Part shown: piece by piece, positions 59,766 to 64,000 of the stretch
Position numbering within the stretch: position 1 is the first letter of the stretch
Layout: the number at the start of each line of letters is the position of its first letter
Assembly: GCA_045116995.1 (NCBI GenBank)
Contig: JBGUMU010000034.1
Coordinates: 15,854-79,853, forward strand
Direction of reading: 5' to 3'
DNA from: Bacilli bacterium
Lineage (GTDB): Bacteria; Bacillota_I; Bacilli_A; RFN20; CAG-826
DNA: 64,000 bases
The notes under the pieces: generated by a model
The model's input: the letters and a program-made list of their open reading frames with translations, nothing else
What the model was told of the DNA's origin: nothing
Databases searched by the model: none
Made by a program: the position numbers and the translations under genes

Positions 59766-60479
59766 ATGAAATTCCTATTAACTAACGATGATGGCTATAA
59801 CGCTCAAGGAATACTTCTCCTTAAAGACAAACTTTTAAAGTATGGTGAAGTAACAATTGTGGCCCCTTTTGAACACATGTCCGCCAAGAGCGCGGCCATT
59901 ACCTTAGGCGAATGGCTTAAAGTCGATAAGATTGATGAAAATACCTATGCAGTACACGGCACTCCAACAGACTCTGCCCATGTCGCTATTGCGGGTCTTA
60001 AAGTTGATTGTGATGTCGTAGTTTCTGGCTGTAATAACGGTCATAATCTTTCCTATGACACAATCTTAAGTGGCACAATCGGCGCGTGCTTAGGCGCCGC
60101 AATGTTCCGTAAAAAGACAGTTGCCTTCAGTGCACCTTTTGATGATTTCTCATGCTTAATTGAACACTTTGATGAAATCTGGGAATACATCACAAAGTAT
60201 AACCTACTAGATAAGAGATATGTTTTAAATGTCAACTTACCTAGAGGTCAGTATAAAGGTATTAGATTAGGTAGACTTTTTTACCGTAAAGACCATTATT
60301 ATTTTGATCAAAAAGAAGACTTATATTACGCCTTAAGAGACGTACAAGATTATCAAGAAATGCCTGAAGACGCTGATTGTAGATTAGTGAAAGAAGGCTA
60401 TGTTGCTATCACACCTATTTCTCGTATGCCATTTGAAGAAGATGTATATGAAGAACTCAAAAAGAAGGTGCAAGACTAA
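59766..60479 (+). CDS. surE: 5'/3'-nucleotidase SurE
   Basis: MKFLLTNDDGYNAQGI, SGCNNGHN and SGTIGA are SurE signatures. Confidence 0.9.
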   Translation: MKFLLTNDDGYNAQGILLLKDKLLKYGEVTIVAPFEHMSAKSAAITLGEWLKVDKIDENTYAVHGTPTDSAHVAIAGLKVDCDVVVSGCNNGHNLSYDTILSGTIGACLGAAMFRKKTVAFSAPFDDFSCLIEHFDEIWEYITKYNLLDKRYVLNVNLPRGQYKGIRLGRLFYRKDHYYFDQKEDLYYALRDVQDYQEMPEDADCRLVKEGYVAITPISRMPFEEDVYEELKKKVQD

Positions 60480-60481
60480 TA

Positions 60482-61537
60482 ATGCGTTTTGAACTTAACG
60501 AAACAGAAAATAAAAAGCTTCTCGCTTTATTTGAACAACACGAGAAGAATATAGACTATTTGATATACCTCCGCGATTTAATTTGGCAAGAACCACATAT
60601 CGATAGTGGTCTTTTTGCTAATAAGAACAGTTTTGAAATCCGAACAGAATATATAAAGCAAGTATTAGAGAACCATAAAACAGATTCATCTTTTATCAGC
60701 AAAAATCTTCCATGGGACAGTCAAGAAGTGACGCTTGATACTTTCACTAATAATCCATATTATCAAGCACTTAAAAATATTAGTTTTGAAGAAGATGGCT
60801 GGAAGCTAGAAACTAAGAAGATGAAAGCCTTTACTTTATTCCCATATGATGAACAGTATCATTATGGCGCTAACTCGATATTAAAAATGTCTTTAGGCTA
60901 TTTCACTAAAGATTATGACTATCCTACAATTTCTTTATATGATCAAGAATGGATGAGCCTTAATCCACATGAAATTAGAACTATGGAAATGCCAATACAA
61001 GTGGCTAAAGGTAAAGTTCTAACTCTTGGTTTAGGCCTTGGTTATTTTGCCTATATGGTGCATTTAAAAGAAGAAGTTAAAGAAGTCTATATCGTAGAGA
61101 TGGATTTAGAACTTATTAAACTATTCCAAAAGCATCTACTTCCATTGTTCCCATATAAAGAAAAGATCCACATCATCAAGGCAGACGCTTTAGTGTATAT
61201 CAATCAAATCAATGATAGAGATTATGATTTTATCTTCGCGGATCTTTGGCATGATGTCAGTGATGGTTTACCGATGTATATTAAACTCCAAGAAAGATTC
61301 AGCAAGTTCACATATACAAAACGTCATTATTGGATTGAGAATTCATTGATCACGTATTTAAGACTGTTACTCATCGGTGTCATCAAAGATGAATACTATA
61401 AGAACGATAGTGATTATGATGAAATTCAATTAACAATAAAAAAGAATCTAGCAAACTATACACTCCGTAATAGTTATGAACTAGATGCCTTATTAAATAT
61501 TCAAGGAGTAAAAAACTCAGTACTATTCTGTTTATAA
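60482..61537 (+). CDS. Class I SAM-dependent methyltransferase or spermidine-synthase-like protein
   Basis: VLTLGLGLGYFAYMV is a Gly-rich motif I, YIVEMD an acidic motif II, and IFADLW motif IV-like. The substrate is unknown. Confidence 0.45.
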   Translation: MRFELNETENKKLLALFEQHEKNIDYLIYLRDLIWQEPHIDSGLFANKNSFEIRTEYIKQVLENHKTDSSFISKNLPWDSQEVTLDTFTNNPYYQALKNISFEEDGWKLETKKMKAFTLFPYDEQYHYGANSILKMSLGYFTKDYDYPTISLYDQEWMSLNPHEIRTMEMPIQVAKGKVLTLGLGLGYFAYMVHLKEEVKEVYIVEMDLELIKLFQKHLLPLFPYKEKIHIIKADALVYINQINDRDYDFIFADLWHDVSDGLPMYIKLQERFSKFTYTKRHYWIENSLITYLRLLLIGVIKDEYYKNDSDYDEIQLTIKKNLANYTLRNSYELDALLNIQGVKNSVLFCL

Positions 61538-61721
61538 AACTCGCATAAAAAAAGAGTCTCTCACGACTCATTCCCATTAAGTGTTGTGAGGCTCCGTTCT
61601 TATGGTCTTATTATAGCAAATCAATTTGTTTATTCAACAAACCTGTTTGAAAATATTTATCGTATTATTTGTGTAAATAATAAAGTGGTATATAATAATT
61701 CCGGAAAGAAGAGGTATTTAT

Positions 61722-62696
61722 ATGCCATTAGTTAACTCTAAAGAAATGTTTGAAAAGGCCTACAACGGCGGCTATGCGATTGGTGCTTTCAACTGCAACA
61801 ACATGGAAATCGTTCAAGCGATTACAGAAGCTGCAAAAGAATGCAATTCTCCAGTTATTCTCCAAGTCTCCGCTGGTGCCAGAAAATATGCCAAACCAGT
61901 CTACTTAAAGAAAATGGTTGAAGCTGCTGTCGAAGACACCAACTTACCAATCGTTCTCCACTTAGACCACGGCGCAGATTTTGAAATTTGTAAAGATTGT
62001 ATCGACGGTGGTTTCACATCAGTCATGATTGACTGCTCCAGCAAACCATTCGAAGAAAACATCGCCATCACAAAGAAAGTTTGTGAATACGCTCACGCCC
62101 ATGTCCCATACGTTACAGTTGAAGCTGAATTAGGTACATTAGCGGGCATCGAAGATGAAGTTAAAGTTGAACACGGTGCAGAATCCTACACCAGACCAGA
62201 AGACGTCGAAGAATTCGTTCGTAGAACTGGTTGTGACTCCTTAGCTATTGCTATCGGTACATCCCATGGTGCTTATAAGTTCAAACCAGAACAATGCACA
62301 AGAGATCCAGAAACAGGTATCTTATTACCACCTCCATTAAGATTCGACATCTTAGAAGAAGTGAGCAAACGTTTACCAGGTTTCCCAATCGTCTTACACG
62401 GTTCCTCCTCTGTTAACCAAGAATTCGTTAAAATCATTAATGATAACGGCGGTGCCTTAAAAGACGCAGTTGGCGTTCCAGAAGCTCAATTAAGACAAGC
62501 TGCTAGATTAGCCGTTTGTAAAATCAATATCGACAGTGACCTCCGCTTAGCGATGACTGCTGGTATTAGAGAACATATGAAAGCTCATCCAGATCACTTT
62601 GACCCACGTCAATATGTCGGTGATGGCCGTGCTTATGTTAAAGAATTAGTCAAACACAAAATCGTTGATGTGTTAGGCTCAAACGACAAGATCTAA
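61722..62696 (+). CDS. fba: Class II fructose-1,6-bisphosphate aldolase
   Basis: GYAIGAFNCNNME, VILQVS, LHLDHG, GTSHGAYKF and LHGSSS match the class II FBA pattern. Confidence 0.95.
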   Translation: MPLVNSKEMFEKAYNGGYAIGAFNCNNMEIVQAITEAAKECNSPVILQVSAGARKYAKPVYLKKMVEAAVEDTNLPIVLHLDHGADFEICKDCIDGGFTSVMIDCSSKPFEENIAITKKVCEYAHAHVPYVTVEAELGTLAGIEDEVKVEHGAESYTRPEDVEEFVRRTGCDSLAIAIGTSHGAYKFKPEQCTRDPETGILLPPPLRFDILEEVSKRLPGFPIVLHGSSSVNQEFVKIINDNGGALKDAVGVPEAQLRQAARLAVCKINIDSDLRLAMTAGIREHMKAHPDHFDPRQYVGDGRAYVKELVKHKIVDVLGSNDKI

Positions 62697-62722
62697 TCTC
62701 AAACATTTTTAAAAATAGAACC

Positions 62723-62757
62723 AACGGTATTGATATATAAATCGATACCGTTTTTTC
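62723..62757 (+). terminator. Rho-independent terminator of fba
   Basis: AACGGTATTGAT (62723-62734) pairs with ATCGATACCGTT (62741-62752) with one G-U pair, followed by TTTTT. Confidence 0.8.
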
Positions 62758-62814
62758 TTGATATATCCGTTAAAAAATATTAATTTATTGTTAGTGCGTA
62801 AGGAGGGTCTTTTT

Positions 62815-63717
62815 ATGAAAAAGAAAATATTATTTTTATTACCATTAATTGCTACGTCTTTTTCAGTTGTGGGGTGTGGTGAAGCCAACAAAAACACTCA
62901 TAAATACACATACAAGTATGACACTCCGAAAGACTTGCTAGATAATCTTTGGGGTTCAATGACTATCAATTATCCTAAGTATCCTGGGCATAGAAATGGT
63001 CCTGCAAACATGGAAGATTTTAAAGATAGACAAGAAATTGTGATAAACGGGATAAAAAACACTGAAGTCTTCTCAAGAGTGGGCAAAGAGATTCCAGAAT
63101 CTGACAAATCAATATCAGGAAGAACGTTTGTAGCAATTGAGGAATACGATAAGGGCGTGCCCCTCGTTGACTTGTTTAATTTCACTATTTACGCTAGTGG
63201 TTTATTTACTTACGGTTTCTACGGCTCAGGTCCTCGATATTATTATTCTTTCGATGCTAAAATAGCGGAAGAAATGATTGATAATCTAGTCAAAGAAGGC
63301 GACGAAGCGGTAAAAGATTTTGATAATTATATTGCTAACTATAACATAAGTGTTTTCTTCGAAACCTGCGCTAAAGAAGAAGGAAAGCTAAATAGTGTGA
63401 TTGATAAATCGAAGAAGTTTTATAAAGCATTAAAGGGCCTTGAATATAAACTTATGGACCATGAAACAGGGTATAACACTTTTGTGGGATCTAAACTTAA
63501 ATACAAGAGAAAGAATGAAAGATATGTTGAATATCGAGAAGGCCTCGCTTATTCCGAATTAGAAATAGACATCGATAATTTATGCGCTTTGCTTATCATA
63601 TCCGGATACACTTCATATGGAACCTATGTCATGTATACCAAGTATTATTCAATAGAATCTGAAAACGCTAAAGAAGTATTAAAAGACTTGAAAGCACAAA
63701 TTAATAAATACAATTAA
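62815..63717 (+). CDS. Lipoprotein, unknown function
   Basis: MKKKILFLLPLIATSFSVVGC carries the lipobox VVGC. AAGGAGG RBS upstream. ATG 62815 is preferred over the upstream extension. Confidence 0.7.
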   Translation: MKKKILFLLPLIATSFSVVGCGEANKNTHKYTYKYDTPKDLLDNLWGSMTINYPKYPGHRNGPANMEDFKDRQEIVINGIKNTEVFSRVGKEIPESDKSISGRTFVAIEEYDKGVPLVDLFNFTIYASGLFTYGFYGSGPRYYYSFDAKIAEEMIDNLVKEGDEAVKDFDNYIANYNISVFFETCAKEEGKLNSVIDKSKKFYKALKGLEYKLMDHETGYNTFVGSKLKYKRKNERYVEYREGLAYSELEIDIDNLCALLIISGYTSYGTYVMYTKYYSIESENAKEVLKDLKAQINKYN

Positions 63718-63750
63718 AAAAGAAGCGAACTTAATCGCTTCTTTTTGTTT
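63716..63750. terminator. Bidirectional terminator between convergent genes
   Basis: AGAAGCGA (63721-63728) pairs with TCGCTTCT (63735-63742), with A- and T-runs on either side. Confidence 0.7.
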
Positions 63751-63763
63751 TATCTAATCGAAC

Positions 63764-64000
63764 TTATTTCTTCTTTGCTTCTAAGGATTCAGCAATACGT
63801 TTGAGATAATCGAGTTCGGTTGGTTCTGGTTTGCCTGGTTCTGGTGGAACTGGTCTTTCTTCTGGATGCTTTTCGTAGTAAGCTTCTTGAGCTTTTGCTT
63901 TGAGTTCTTCTCTCTTTCTAGCCATTGCGTTGCTAACTTTAACAATAATGAATAAAACAGCGGCAATAATGATGAAGGAGATAATTGCGGTTAATAATGC
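63764..64000 (-). CDS. 3' part of a membrane-anchored protein (partial, continues beyond the window)
   Basis: The minus-strand frame is open from 64000 to TAA (63764-63766): ALLTAIISFIIIAAVLFIIVKVSNAMARKREELKAKAQEAYYEKHPEERPVPPEPGKPEPTELDYLKRIAESLEAKKK*. It is more protein-like than the track ORF 63781-63966, which is in another frame. Confidence 0.55.
   Translation of the reverse strand, partial: ALLTAIISFIIIAAVLFIIVKVSNAMARKREELKAKAQEAYYEKHPEERPVPPEPGKPEPTELDYLKRIAESLEAKKK

Noticed and set aside
61545-61575. GAGTC-tctcac-GACTC hairpin after the methyltransferase-like gene as a terminator
   Set aside because: The stem is only 5 bp. On the plus strand it is followed by ATTCCC rather than a T-run; the A-run lies upstream, which would suit only a minus-strand transcript, and none is present. 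This is too weak to annotate.
63781-63966. Track ORF of 61 aa on the minus strand at the window end
   Set aside because: A different minus-strand frame (63764-64000) is open to the window edge. It encodes a TM helix plus a charged tail ending just before the bidirectional terminator, which is more plausible as the real gene.
1-64000. Mycoplasma/Spiroplasma genetic code (TGA = Trp), given the Mollicutes-like gene content
   Set aside because: TGA terminates well-supported genes (for example at 3691-3693 and 25005-25007), and all long conserved genes are intact under the standard code.

Overview
AT-rich, gene-dense chromosomal window of about 60 CDS and 2 tRNAs. It uses the standard code: TGA ends ORFs, for example at 3691-3693. 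The gene content includes many lipoproteins, lipid-handling genes (2x PlsC, DagK, DegV, PAP2), a superoxide reductase and QueT. No cell-wall genes are visible. This looks like an anaerobic low-GC Firmicutes or Mycoplasmatota-type organism (Erysipelotrichia, Acholeplasma or Anaeroplasma-like); that placement is inference only. Housekeeping content: a dtxR-like repressor plus a feoA-feoA-feoB operon, tRNA-Gln, NifU-like, glyA, IspD/TarI, desulfoferrodoxin, TrkH, a gpx-ohrR-CDF operon, cysE, sdaA, an M18 aminopeptidase, tRNA-His, a COG0523 GTPase plus QueT, a CPA antiporter, Fic plus a divergent EF-G paralogue, surE and fba. The standout is a ~17.7 kb locus (11093-28814). It encodes six paralogous secreted or membrane-anchored proteins. 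Five have SipW-cognate-type N-termini (G/S-T-x-A-W-Y/F) and the sixth has a degenerate version; all six share a C-terminal W/Y-x-E-G-(E/W)-(D/Q) box and a TasA/camelysin-like last strand. The locus also encodes a SipW-like (S26B-type) signal peptidase, a membrane-anchored McrB-family AAA+ NTPase, and a McrC-position partner carrying three copies of a strictly conserved 19-aa motif. Downstream sits a c-di-GMP module: a probably active EAL protein, a catalytically degenerate MTA/SAH-nucleosidase homologue, and a giant degenerate GGDEF/EAL protein. The main operon is preceded by a long structured leader that resembles a c-di-GMP-I (GEMM-I) riboswitch with tandem terminator hairpins. I read this as a previously undescribed c-di-GMP-controlled fibre or surface-polymer assembly system. 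All calls rest on motif-level reading by eye; no searches were run.
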